A stretch of 64,000 nucleotides of DNA from Octopus vulgaris (Eukaryota). The notes under the pieces were generated by a model. It saw only the letters and a list, made by a program, of their open reading frames with translations, did not search any database and was not told the origin of the DNA. The position numbers and the translations under genes were made by a program. This document shows positions 12,391-23,820 of the stretch, piece after piece (the first letter of the stretch is position 1; the number at the start of each line of letters is the position of its first letter). The stretch is from contig OX597815.1 in the NCBI GenBank assembly GCA_951406725.2, positions 154,380,001 through 154,444,000 on the forward strand. Reading direction: 5' to 3'.

Positions 12391-12916
12391 GGACCAGCCA
12401 GAAACGGGGTTTGAAGCTAGAAACACATCTTACAATCACCTAGTTGAAAGAGTGCTGGAGAAATGTAAGTTTCTCTGGGAATATCCTGTTCAAACCGACA
12501 AGAAATCAGGAAATAACAGACCAGACATAACGATTATAGATAAGGAAAAGTGAATTTGCTTTCTTATCGACCCGTCATGCCCATTCGATTCCAGGATCGC
12601 AAACAAAGAGGAAGAAAGACAAAAACAATACACTCCCTTAAAATATAAAACAGGAATAATTGGAGCATATGAACAGTAAAGGTCGTGCGTTGGGAATAGT
12701 AAGACAAGATATAGACAAATGTTTGAAGGAGATTGAAATAGGATGCCCGGTAGAGCTCCTACATGGTGTTTGTCTCCGAAGGACAGCAAGGATTATCAGG
12801 AGGGTTCTAAGAACTTGAAAATCTGCTGAAAACTTTTGGATACCTAAGGCTATAGGTAGTAAGCCGCTGCCCACATAATTCATACCAGGAATAAGAACGA
12901 ACCTGAGCGAAATCAA

Positions 12917-12917
<1 letters not shown>
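12391..12917 (+). mobile_element. 5'-truncated Dong/R4-clade LINE (RLE domain plus 3' UTR) ending in (TAA)n
   Basis: VERVLEKCKFLWEYPVQTDKKSGNNRPDITIIDKEK*ICFLIDPSCPFDSRIANKEEE ... LRRTARIIRRVLRT*: PD..D RLE signature. 3' end abuts (TAA)n, the known Dong target. Confidence 0.85.
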
Positions 12918-13005
<88 letters not shown>

Positions 13006-13030
13006 TGATAATAATAATAATAATAATAAG
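12918..13030. repeat. (TAA)n microsatellite
   Basis: Direct reading; further tracts at 13590-13800, 50790-50877, 51443-51863, 52455-52549, 52729-53025 and 61953-62091. Confidence 0.95.
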
Positions 13031-13043
13031 ATGACAGCAAACG

Positions 13044-13589
13044 ATGCCCTGATAGAGTATCAGACAGTGGCTCTCATGACTTCTAATCTTAACTGATTGG
13101 AAGTGTTATCATGTACACTATTTTGTCTTGGTATAAAAGATGGGCTACAGCAAATATTCAGCTCAATACCACAGATTTGCTTGTCAGTTGTTTCACCTTA
13201 ACCAGTTGACTATGTCTCTTAGTGGCTGACGATATGTGCATCTCTGATCATGAGCAGAAGTAGTGGGGGAGCATCATAGCCGTGTGTTGAAAGGAATTCT
13301 TAGAGTTTTGGATAATTCACCTTTGGGAAAATGGCTGGTTTGTTCAATATCCTTAAACACTCTTTATTCAGGGATCTTTTGAGCGGAATGAGCTACTCGA
13401 GCAGAAGAAAATTCTAACTGGGTCTCACCTGCGCTGTTTATCTTGATATCAGATCACCATGTCGCGCACATATGGTTGTGATGCATGTGCCTAGTTTACC
13501 CTTATCAGACGGATAGTCATGATGGGTATATTGGGCTTCGTATATTTTACCCCAGTGTCACTTTGATGGCATGCACTGCTCTCTCACTC
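13044..13589 (+). mobile_element. ~550-bp non-coding interspersed element associated with (TAA)n, copy 1
   Basis: Reverse complement of the copies at 50878-52728; no credible ORF; 3' end CTCTCACTC runs directly into AATAAT. Confidence 0.9.
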
Positions 13590-13643
<54 letters not shown>

Positions 13644-13695
13644 TAATAATGATAATAATAATAATAATGATAATATTAATAATAATAATAATAAC

Positions 13696-13781
<86 letters not shown>

Positions 13782-14769
13782 GAAGAAGAAGAAGAAGAAG
13801 AACAAGAACAAGAAGACGACGAAGAAGAAGAACCACAAAAACAACAACTGCAAAGTGATGATGGATCTGATGAAGATGACGATGATGATAATGATGATCA
13901 TAACGTCAATAGTGATGTTCGATGCTATTAAATTTTATTACTTAATGATATTCTATAAGAGAAAATAAAAAGCATGCGATGATATACAAGTGTGATTTCA
14001 AAACTAATGTGGTATAAAAGTATTCGATAGTTACAAAGAAACATTTTTCTTTTATGAAGAATTCTAAGAATTCAAAGATTAAAACAACATGATAATAAAA
14101 TAATACTTTAAGTAAAAATGGTTCACAAAGAAAATTTTTCTTCAGAAAAATGCGTAATTTTATTTTCAAATGAACATCAGATACATATATTGTCCATAAC
14201 AATAAGTACTTTATTATGGTTTGCATTAATATCGCTCATCTTTTTCTAAGTACGACACCTTTATTTTTATATGAATCATGTGACTTTTATTTTCTTGAAT
14301 ATATTTACTCTTTATTTAATATATATGCTACGTTTTCTAGCATATGCAACAGAATTGAAAATACTTTATACAATACAATGATTAAGTGTTTACTCAAATA
14401 AAAAAAAAAAGATTAAATCAAACAAAATTACAGATCTGAGACATTCAACGATATAAACATATATTCTACGTAAGTAATGTTTGCTGTCTACCAGAGCCAT
14501 TTCCTGCAGAGGTAGAGAATAATAGACATAGTTCTTCCATACAATACAGGTATTTATACTGTAGATAGCAAATACAGAGGGAAATAAATAAGTGTGAGCA
14601 ATTTGTAAACAAATAACTATCTGCTTCTACCAGCTCATATATCTTAACTGGTTTATGCATATTAATTTCTACCATTGATGCAATTCTAGTAATTACTCTA
14701 GAAGTCAAAAAGCAGTTACATTTCAACGGAGAAAATTCCACGATTAAGTACTTATTCATTGTAGTAATA

Positions 14770-14956
14770 TTGATTTCATATTTTGACACAAGGCCTGCAC
14801 TTTCTGGAGATAGGGTAAGTCGATTACATCAACCCCATTGTTCAACTGATACTTATTTTATAGACCTCGGAAGGATGAAAGGCAAAGTTAATCTCAGCGG
14901 AATTTGAACTCAAAATGGAATTTGAACTCGCGGCCTTTTCTTCCAGCTCGCCACCT
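14770..14956 (-). mobile_element. tRNA-derived SINE family B, internally deleted
   Basis: Minus strand GGTGGCGAGCTGG...GAGTTCAAATTCCGCTGAG (B box)...TTTGCCTTTCATCCTTCCGAGGTC; homologous to the copies at 27452 and 53029. Confidence 0.8.
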
Positions 14957-15684
14957 TTTTCATCACATTACAGCATAGAAAAGTAATGTTAGACATTGAA
15001 AAGTTATACAAAGTGTTACATTCTCCTTTGTTAATCTCTTTGACTCTGTGAGGTGTCTAGCAATGTAATAGAATCGCCAGGTTACAAAAGTGTGAGGAAA
15101 CCTGTTTAAGACTTCTTGGCGTATTTAAGAACTATACAAAAGTAAATATTACAGTATTTTTCCTATGGTTTCGAAATTATTGCTTTGATTCTTCAGTGAT
15201 GTATAATGTGAGTGTTACCACTTTAATACACGTCCTTAGATTCTGTTTGATGGCAACGAACAAATCTAAAAGCACAAAAAATAACAAAGGCATAATTTTA
15301 AATGTTTTTTACATTGATGCATTATCAATTCTCCGTTCGAACCATTATACAATTCTCTTGACTTTAATTGTTTTGTGAACATTAAGCAATCTAATAATTA
15401 CAAGAATAACTATATGGCAGACTTTGAAAAGTAGCAATAGATGATATTCAAAATGACATTACCATTATATATGAAGGATTAGTTGGAGGCGAATGTTACG
15501 AAACATATAATCTTTTGCAAGACCTCGGGGTAGACGGGGATGTGCGAGAAAGAAACTAGTAATCTGGTCTATTTGCTTCTTACAGATTCGTGCTCCACAA
15601 ATGGTACTAAAGAAACAGGCCGCAGTGTTTAGTTGAGTGACGAATAAAATGAATCACCCACCTACATATACAATACATTGTATT

Positions 15685-16000
15685 GACCATAGTGTATTGT
15701 AGAGGGTATTGCGCATGCGATCGTAAGGTCGTGAGTTCAATTTCCGGCGACGTGTTGTATTCTTGAGCAAGATGCCTCATTTCACGTTGTTCCAGTCCAC
15801 CCACTGATAAAGCTGAGCAGAATCTGTATTTCAAAGGGCCATCCTTGTCACACTCTGTATCATGCTGAATCTCTCTGAGAACTACGTTAAAGGTACACGT
15901 GTCTTTGGAGTGCTCAGCCATTTGCACGTTAATTTCCCGAGCAAGCTCTTCTGTTGATCGGATCAACTCTTACCTACATCGTCGTAATCGAGTTCCAGTG
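15685..16000 (+). mobile_element. tRNA-derived SINE family C
   Basis: B-box-like GAGTTCAATTTCC followed by TTGTATTCTTGAGCAAGATGCCTCATTTCACGTTGTTCCAGTCCAC, a CORE-like SINE body. Confidence 0.6.
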
Positions 16001-16812
16001 TTTTTATTGTTATTATTGTAGAAGACATTTTCACTAGATACCGTACAGCCGAAACAAATCACAAGCCCCATGATTGTACAACAAGCATTTTAATCATACG
16101 GTTATGATTAAAATAGCGATAATAAAAGTGCAACGACAAAGACCGGATTTAAGCTTTCTGATATTTGAATATAAATGATTTATTAACTTTAGAAGCCAGA
16201 TAAGTTTTAGATATATATATAATTTATATATATTTTTCCTCAAGTAAAGGAATTCTACATTAGTAGTTATAATTTCTCATTATAAATATTATATGAGATA
16301 TAATGAATGAGAACTTATATATACAATTAAAGAATCCACACGAATATGATTATCAAGTAAATAATTGAAATGTTCAAATATTATTAAAACTGGAAAATTT
16401 CACTGATGATTTCTTTGACGAGGAGAACCCTTTCGGCACGGCTATTGTTCCCATGTGCACGATACTTTTTGTGTAGAGCATCTACAGAAAGAAATACTGC
16501 GAAGCCAGTTTCGTTTAGTTTATGTACTGTCATAGCCAAAATGCAATTTGACAGTTTTCTATCATTGATATAAAATCGAGGAATACTACTCAGTTAACAC
16601 CTTATATTTGTACAAAGCTTGACTCGTGTTAATAAAATAACATGCTATACGCAGTGGTTTCTAGTTTAACTGTAATTTGTTATAATTACACACACACGTT
16701 CACACACAAACACACGCGCGCGCGCATACACAAGCACACACATAAATACACACACACACACACATTCACTGCTTATTTAGCAGCACAATTTTACACTTGA
16801 ATGTTTTAATTA

Positions 16813-18072
16813 CGTGGGTTTTATGAAAAGTTTTGAGCCTAACCTAGAAACGGGGCTGCTGGGGAGCTGAAACAATTGTTTCTGGTAATTACAATCTTTT
16901 CAGTGTATTCTTGCTCATTTTCATGATAATTTCTTTTTGTTGATTTTTGAATAAACAAGTCTTGAGGTTGCAAGGAAAATGGGGAAAACTGAGTATAGTG
17001 CTATCATAAAGTACCTTCATTTGAAAGGCATGACTCCATCAGAAATCTATGAAGATATGGTGAGAACCTTGATATGCAACCGTCAAACGCTGGGTAAATA
17101 AATCCCAGCGTGGCAGGGAGAGTGTGGAAGATGATCTCAGACCAGGGAGACCTCTAACTACAACCACCGAGGATAACATTGACGTTGCTCTTGGTATGAT
17201 AGTGCTACATCTTCGAATATCATGTCGTCAGATAGCCGAGAGACTGGGCATCTCAACTGAAAGAGCAGGCATCATTGTGACAAAAGAACTTAGGTTCTCA
17301 AAGGTTTCTGCAAGGTGGGTCCCTCTCCTCTTGACTCCTAAACAGAAACCCAGTATGTGCACTTTGTCTACGAGCAACCTGGATCTGTTTGAAGCCGTTG
17401 AAGAGAATTTTCTTGTTCGTTTCATTACTATGGACGAAAGTTGGTTTCATCACTACCAGCCTGAAACCAAAGAATAATCAATGCACTGGAAACACACATC
17501 TTCTCCTACCTCAAAGAAGGCCAGTGTCATTCCTTCAGCTGGCAAGGTCATGGCGTCAGATTTTTGGGGGATTCTCAACTTATGTTGCTGATCGATTACC
17601 TTGAAAAGGGTCACACCGTCACAGGGCTGTATTATTCTCAGCTACTGAAACGCCTTCGAGAAGCAATCAAAGAATAAAGGCCGGAAATGCTCACCAGAAT
17701 AGTCCTTTTTTCTCACAACAATGCTCCCGCCCACACCTCAATGGTTGCCATGGCAACAATTCAGGATTGTGGATACAAACTTATTCCCCGTCCACCTTAT
17801 TCGCCAAACGTAGTCCCCTCTTACTTTCATCTGTTCCCCAAAATGAAAGAAAGCCCTGGCTGGTCGCCATTTTGCCAATAACAATGACGTCATAGACGCT
17901 GTAGGAAGTTTCTTGGAATCTCAAACAAAAGAGTTCCTCTACGCCGGGATAATGGTGCTTTAACACCGCTAGAGAAAGCGTTCAGCCACCAAAGTGGATT
18001 TGTTGAAAATAAACCGTCAGAAGTCTTGTACTATGTTTTTTTTTTGAGGCTCAAGACTTTTCTACACCCCTG
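16813..18072 (+). mobile_element. Full-length decayed mariner transposon
   Basis: TA|CGTGGGTTTTATGAAAAGTTTTGAGCCT ... AGGCTCAAGACTTTTCTACACCCCTG|TA imperfect terminal inverted repeats; ~1.26 kb. Confidence 0.92.
16979..18013 (+). pseudogene. Mariner transposase pseudogene
   Basis: MGKTEYSAIIKYLHLKG..., EDDLRPGRP, SARWVPLLLT, FITMDESWFHHYQPETK, PSAGKVMAS, HNNAPAH, PPYSPNVVPSYFHLF; multiple stops and frameshifts, second and third catalytic Asp lost. Confidence 0.92.
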
Positions 18073-18629
18073 TATATTTCATTTGCGTCAAACACCAAGC
18101 GCACACATATACATAAAATAGAGAAATGATATTCTTAGGCACCACACGTACAAAGACCCATGCATAAAAGTCTAATGCTACTGAATGTTTATCTTACAAC
18201 GGGTGTTTAACGCCTCTCGATCTGCGACTTTTACGGTTCAGTTTTTACAGAATATTTATATTTGTTATTGTAGGTGTTGTCTTTAGGCTTGTCTTAGTTC
18301 ATTCAGTTCTGCTTGGTATTCACTGACTGTTATTTTTCTGCCTCTTCATGTTATTGGTTTTGGCTTTGTTGGTGGTAGACATGGTTTTAAGTTGCTAGTT
18401 CGCTCAATATTTATCAGTGAATCAAGATAAAGCTGTTCTTTTTAAGGGTTATTTTCCTGTGTCTTTTGGTCAATTTTTTAGGCATGTTTTCAATCAAGTT
18501 TTTTTTTCTGTAAACTTAAGAATGTATTTATTATAAACAACATTTCATGTCTGACTCCTTTCCGTGTAGCTCCTAGAAAGTGCCTGTTACAGTAATTAAA
18601 GATTTTATTTTATTTCAATTGGAGTATTT

Positions 18630-18830
18630 TTAAAAATTGTAATCGTTTCTGTTATTAACGTTTTTGTGTTTATGTAAACATAGATTCCATATATATGTTG
18701 ATATGTGTGCCATCATATTTGAATGATCGTGGTTAGAATAGTTACAATTATTTTGAAGGATGTGTTGAGAGAATTGTAGTTTATCAGGTGTGTGTTTACA
18801 GGTGAAACTGTTTTCTTTAAATGTGTGACC
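18630..18830 (-). mobile_element. Possible GIY-YIG (PLE) relic
   Basis: HTFKENSFTCKHTPDKLQFSQHILQNNCNYS resembles RFKEH....S.FA.H....H of PLE endonucleases; short and weak. Confidence 0.35.
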
Positions 18831-19378
18831 ATGTATAATCCCATTCAAAACGGAAGAATTTCCAAATGGGATAGTTTCAAGAAATTTGGACAAAAGATTA
18901 TAGGCAATAAAAAATAAACAAAATATGTGTTTTACATGTTATGAATCCATCTCCACTTTTAAATATTGAAATGATAAATGGCGCTACACTTCAAAACATT
19001 CAAGGCACGGTAAATGTAATGGGTATATTAGAAAGCAGGGTTAGGGTTAGGTGTTAGAAACCAAAAACCTGAAGCGCTCAAGAAACAACCCGGGAGCCTA
19101 AATGCGTTCTTTTCTAAAAGGCAGATAGAAATCAAAGAAAGTGTACATGCAAGATATATTAGTAGCGGAAAAGTTACCAAATATCCTAAAAACGATACCG
19201 AGAGTGAACCTGTAAAAGAGCGTGTTTTTTCCGCTTAGTTTATTTAACTACGTTTAACAAGATCAGCTTGTTTTTCTGAACAATCACAAGATTGTTTGAA
19301 GAAGGTGCAGTAGATATCAAGAGTTTGCAATGAGAAGATATAAGATGATTTGATTAATTTTCAGTGTCTATCGACTAA

Positions 19379-19441
<63 letters not shown>

Positions 19442-19489
19442 CAGTCGGCTTAGCAGTAAAGTTTCATACGTTGTATTGATAAATCATTT

Positions 19490-20570
19490 TAGATCACTGA
19501 CGAATTACTGTCCATTCAATGAAAGACGCCACAACAGTATACAACATGTATTTAGTAATGACGAAGGCATGAACGAAGTTGGATCTCTCGTTTGAAAGGC
19601 TCGTCAGCAAAATAACTGGGATGGTGGTGGCGGGGGCTGACTCCAATAGCAACTGGACCTCAGATAGGCTTTCTATCCAAATTAAAGGAAGAATTAAGCT
19701 CTTTTGAGTTTTGCAAACGATGAGATTGCAATGATTCATTACACAACATATAAAGATAATTTACGTGCTAGGCCTGTAAAATTGGACAATGCTACACTTG
19801 TAGTTGTTTCAACCATACATTTTATAAAATCCTGAGCACTTAACAATTACCAATTCAAAGATGTCTTAGGAAAACTTTGTATGGCGATCTGGTTTCATAT
19901 TCTGTAGTGTTCACTGACAAAGTATAGAGAGGTGGTTCAAAGCTTTTATATCCATTGAGAAGACGCGTGCACCTTTTTAGAAATGAAGGGTATATTTGTT
20001 CGCTATCTAAAGGATCGTAAAGAGATATGTGACATTGCATTTCTCGTACATATCACACCTTATTAAAAAATCTCAATTTAAAATTGCCAAAGGAAAATCA
20101 CTTGATTCGTGAAAAGTATACTGACATCAAAGCTTTTGAGACAAAACCGAAAATTCCGGAGAATCAACTCAAATGTGGTGACTCTATCCATTTCCCCCAC
20201 ATTAGCCACTTACGAGGGGTGAGTGAATTAAGTGAGATGGAAAATGAACTAAACACATGAGATAAGAACTTCAAAGACAAAGAATGTAATTTTGACATTT
20301 TTGTAAATCCATTTAACGCCAATGATGAACACATAGCACGAAAGGAACTGCGAATGAAAATAACTCTTCCTAAGCTACCCCAAAATGGTTTGCTTCGTTC
20401 GGAGATATGTCAACCCGTTTAATAGTTTGTACAAATGCAAATAAGGCTTTTCTATAATGAAAATAATGTCAAAAATTAGGTCAAGGTTGGTAGACATTCA
20501 ACTCTTATATAATTTACAAGTTGCAACATCTCAAAAATTTCTCAATATCTGAGAAGTTGTAATAAAAGCA
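19490..20570 (+). mobile_element. Decayed hAT (SPIN/Charlie/GTF2IRD2-like) transposase
   Basis: YGDLVSY, FLEMKG, CDIAFLVHIT..LNLKL...LIREKYTDIKAFETK...NQLKCGDSIHFPTL, FSIMK..SKIRSRLVD..L...LQVATSQ (C-terminal dimerisation region). Confidence 0.75.
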
Positions 20571-21744
20571 CAACAACGCCAAGTTTCTCCCTAAAATTCG
20601 TGAATATATTATTTCTCTCTACGTCAATAAATGAATGATAGATATTTTTTGTTGTTGTATGTATGTTGTTAGGCAGTGTTGTATAATTCTGTAATATAGT
20701 CGAATTACTTTCTTTGTTCTGCATATGCTGCTCATTTTTTCATAACATTCCAGTCGTTACACTCCACACAACTGACCGGATAACGTTTGTTTTTCAATTT
20801 CTCCTCACCAGGTTACTATTCACCCCCTACCATTAGCATAACAATGATTACATAAGATGTCTCTTGAATTTAGTTTAAGATTATATTTTCAGTAAGGAAG
20901 ATCATACATGTAAGCCGCTTTAGAAACGGTAAATGTTCATAATAATTTTTTTCTCTTAGGAAGAATTATATTTTTTTTTCATAAAATAAAATGCATTTAG
21001 TAAAGTCAAATGAGTATATTAAAAAAAAAACATCTTATTACTTCTTATGTATATTGTAGTCATGTTATCTTTCAATTTAAAGGTGAAGTAGGAAATTATT
21101 CAATGTCCAGATTATTAGCGAAACAACTGCGATTTTTCAAAATAGCTTTAGCAAAGGATTGACGCACAATACACAGATCAGAGGTATTCATATTTAATAC
21201 ACTGATTTTTCAAGTATTCGTAGTTTCTCTTGATTATTCCGTCATGTATTAGGTCGCAGCACGTGCCAATCATACAGTTATGAGTGATAATATTATACCA
21301 AGACTTCAGTTACTAATAACAGAAAAAAATATTTTCCCAAGAATATAAAAAGATATAAACTTACCCCATTTTCCCCTAATCTAAGGCAGATGCTTATGCA
21401 TCTGGTTGAGATCTATTCACCGAAAACTTACTGTGAATATGTTTAGTAGTGCTGTCAGTTCCTCGCTTATAAACTTCGTCATTTACAATACTAATTCGAT
21501 TGAGTAAGGTATTTAGTGGCTGGCGAAATCCGGACTTGGCTGATAGGAAAAAAACACGTGTTTCCACAGAAGTAGGAGGTTATGCTCCCACTTTCGGTTT
21601 CGATCTTTTAAATTCGCTAACTGGGTATTGGTGCATATTTGTGCTTATATGTGCAGTATTGGTAATATGTGCAATTGCAGATTTGTATGTTTTGATTTTG
21701 TATGTATACTCATGCATATAGCCGCATGTCTAGACATACACATA

Positions 21745-22660
21745 TATATCTAAAGGCTAAACTTCTGAAAAGTTTTACCAAATTCGAAATGTGTTTCATT
21801 GATGGCTTGAATCTGTAAGCTTTTAATTAGTTTTTTCTTTATGGATTTTAGCAGCCTAATTTCTCGAATTTGGAGCTTAGGCAGTGTGTTGTATATCCTT
21901 GTGCCCCCAAAATTACAGATATAAACCTGAATTTGGAATCAAGATAGAGTAGCCATAAATTTCCCAATAGTTGAGCGCCGGCGTGTCTTTTTTTGTTTTT
22001 TTGCTGGTCTATAGCTTTCTGCTGACATCTGCCAGGCAGCTGATTTCCACTACTATACATAGTCTCTTTTCTGTCTCAAATCACTCTAACTAGACTATTC
22101 TGTAGCCAACGAGGGTTGGCTATTCGACAAATCTTTTCTACTACGCTCCAGACGGATTAACATGGAATGTGGTTTACAAGGCTGCGCTCCAGTAGCTTTT
22201 CCATGTCCTTGAACATCCCGGAAAGTAAGTTAGCTTAAAATTAGTTACTTAGTTCCCTGAGTTGTTACTTTTCATCAAATATCACCCCAAGTTGATTTCC
22301 TATATGTTTTATCGGATAAACGTATTATTGTTATTGTCTCAGGTACGTTCTCATAAATTCATCATGCTTTTCCATCTAGATTTACCTCTAGCTTACCCAT
22401 TTGCATGCATCGTTTTTGTCCTGCTTTTCTTCCGTCAACCTGTACATAACTGCACCTTCCATTTTTTGTTGTTTTTGTACTGCTTAAAGACACGTTTCTT
22501 TCCTGCCAAGCTTACTGTTTAAGCTATGTTTGTGTTCTCCCAGTCAACAGCCTTATCATTACTGGTACTTTAAACTTTTCGGTTGCATATTTGTGTGAAT
22601 AAAATCATTTTTCTTTGGAATAGAAAAAGGTCTATCTTTATTTCTTCTTTTGATGGTGTC
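21745..22660 (-). mobile_element. Decayed RLE-type non-LTR retrotransposon, 3' part
   Basis: VVEISCLADVS, LLGNLWLLYLDSKFRFISVILGAQGY..LEKLG-like C-terminal RLE sequence; homologous to 22810-23200. Upstream boundary approximate. Confidence 0.7.
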
Positions 22661-22809
22661 TCAAATTTAGGTTAAATCAGTGTTTCTCAAAGGGGAGGCC
22701 TATGGGATGGTCGGACAAGTTGTTTTGAGAAAATTTGGTTTAAATGTTTGACAACTCAGCACACGTCCATTGGAATGGGGGCGTTTTGCTCGTACTTATA
22801 TAAACTTAA

Positions 22810-23200
22810 ATGATAAACGTCTGGAAAGTTTTACAGATTTTTACAGATTCAGTAATCGACTGAATCTGTACTCTTCGAATTAGCTTTCTCCTTTCTCGTT
22901 TTGAGAAGCCTAATTTCTCAAGATTGCTATTTGGGTAGTCTGTTATATATATCCCAGGGCCCCGATAATCACAGGTATAAAACTGAACTTGTAATTTGGA
23001 TAGAGTAACTGCAGACTTCTCAATGGTTCAAAGTACGTATTCTCTGTTTTACTGATTTTCAGCTTTATTGTAACATCTTCTGGACAGCTGATTTCCAAAC
23101 CTGTACACTGCTTCTATTCTCTAACCCAAATGATTGTATTAGGTCTATTTTGCTTACATTTTATTGGGGTTTTCACTGGGACATTCCGCCAGTACACTTT
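22810..23200 (-). mobile_element. Second diverged RLE-type LINE 3' fragment
   Basis: NRPNTIIWVRE*KQCTGLEISCPEDV and FSFIPVIIGALG; about 330 bp aligns by eye with 21760-22100. Confidence 0.7.
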
Positions 23201-23427
23201 TTTATTATGAGTATCTATAGCTTTTACCAAACCTAAATTTCTTTGTCACTCTCTTTCTCTTCCTCGCTTTTCCTTTCTCTCTCTCTCTCTCAGTCTGTCT
23301 TTGCCACCACCCTACTATGACTCTCACCCCAAAATGAGCAGTAGTAGGAGTGAGAGAGCATGGTCGAAGTGTGACACATTGATACACAGAAATTAGTTTT
23401 CGCATTTATTATATTATACATATTCTT

Positions 23428-23820
23428 TTATTTCATTTATTTATTTCAGTTATTTGACTGCGGCTACGCCGGAGCACTACCTTTAGAGGTGTTAGTCGAG
23501 TAAATCGACCCCAAGATTTTTTCTAATCTTAGTACTTAATCTATCAGTCTCTTTTGCTGAAACACTAAGTTACGGGGACGTAAATACACCAACATAGGCT
23601 GTCAAGCGATAATGGGAACATACACAGACAGAATGACACACACCCACACACATAGATACTATGGACTTCTTTCAATTTCCGTCTACCGTGTCCATTCACA
23701 AAGCTTTGGTCGGCCCGAGGCTGCAGCACAAGAAACTTGCCCACGTTTCCGCTCAGTGGAACTGAACCAAGAACCATGTGGTTGTGAAGGAAGCTTCTTA
23801 CCACACAGCCCCGCCTGCGC
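23428..23820 (-). mobile_element. tRNA-derived SINE family A, uninterrupted copy
   Basis: Minus strand GCGCAGGCGGGGCTGTGTGGTAAGAAGCTTCCTTCACAACCACATGGTTCTTGGTTCAGTTCC (A/B boxes), internal (GT)n, A-rich tail; homologous to 57640-58068. Resembles octopus OK/OR-type SINEs, family not verified. Confidence 0.88.

Noticed and set aside
13044-13120. HDV-like or hammerhead ribozyme at the 5' end of the TAA element
   Set aside because: Hairpins are present, but I could build neither the nested double pseudoknot with catalytic C nor a GAAA core.
11116-13901. Poly-I/L/Y/N/R ORFs here and at 50653-53129 and 61947-62220
   Set aside because: Translations of (TAA)n/(AAG)n microsatellites, not genes.
19038-19060. 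GGGTTAGGGTTAGG telomere-like repeat
   Set aside because: Only about two units; common inside repeats and by chance.
22678-22700. hAT-Charlie-like terminus CAGTGTTTCTCAAA; another at ~41070-41083
   Set aside because: Isolated short ends, 18 kb apart, with no matching target duplication.
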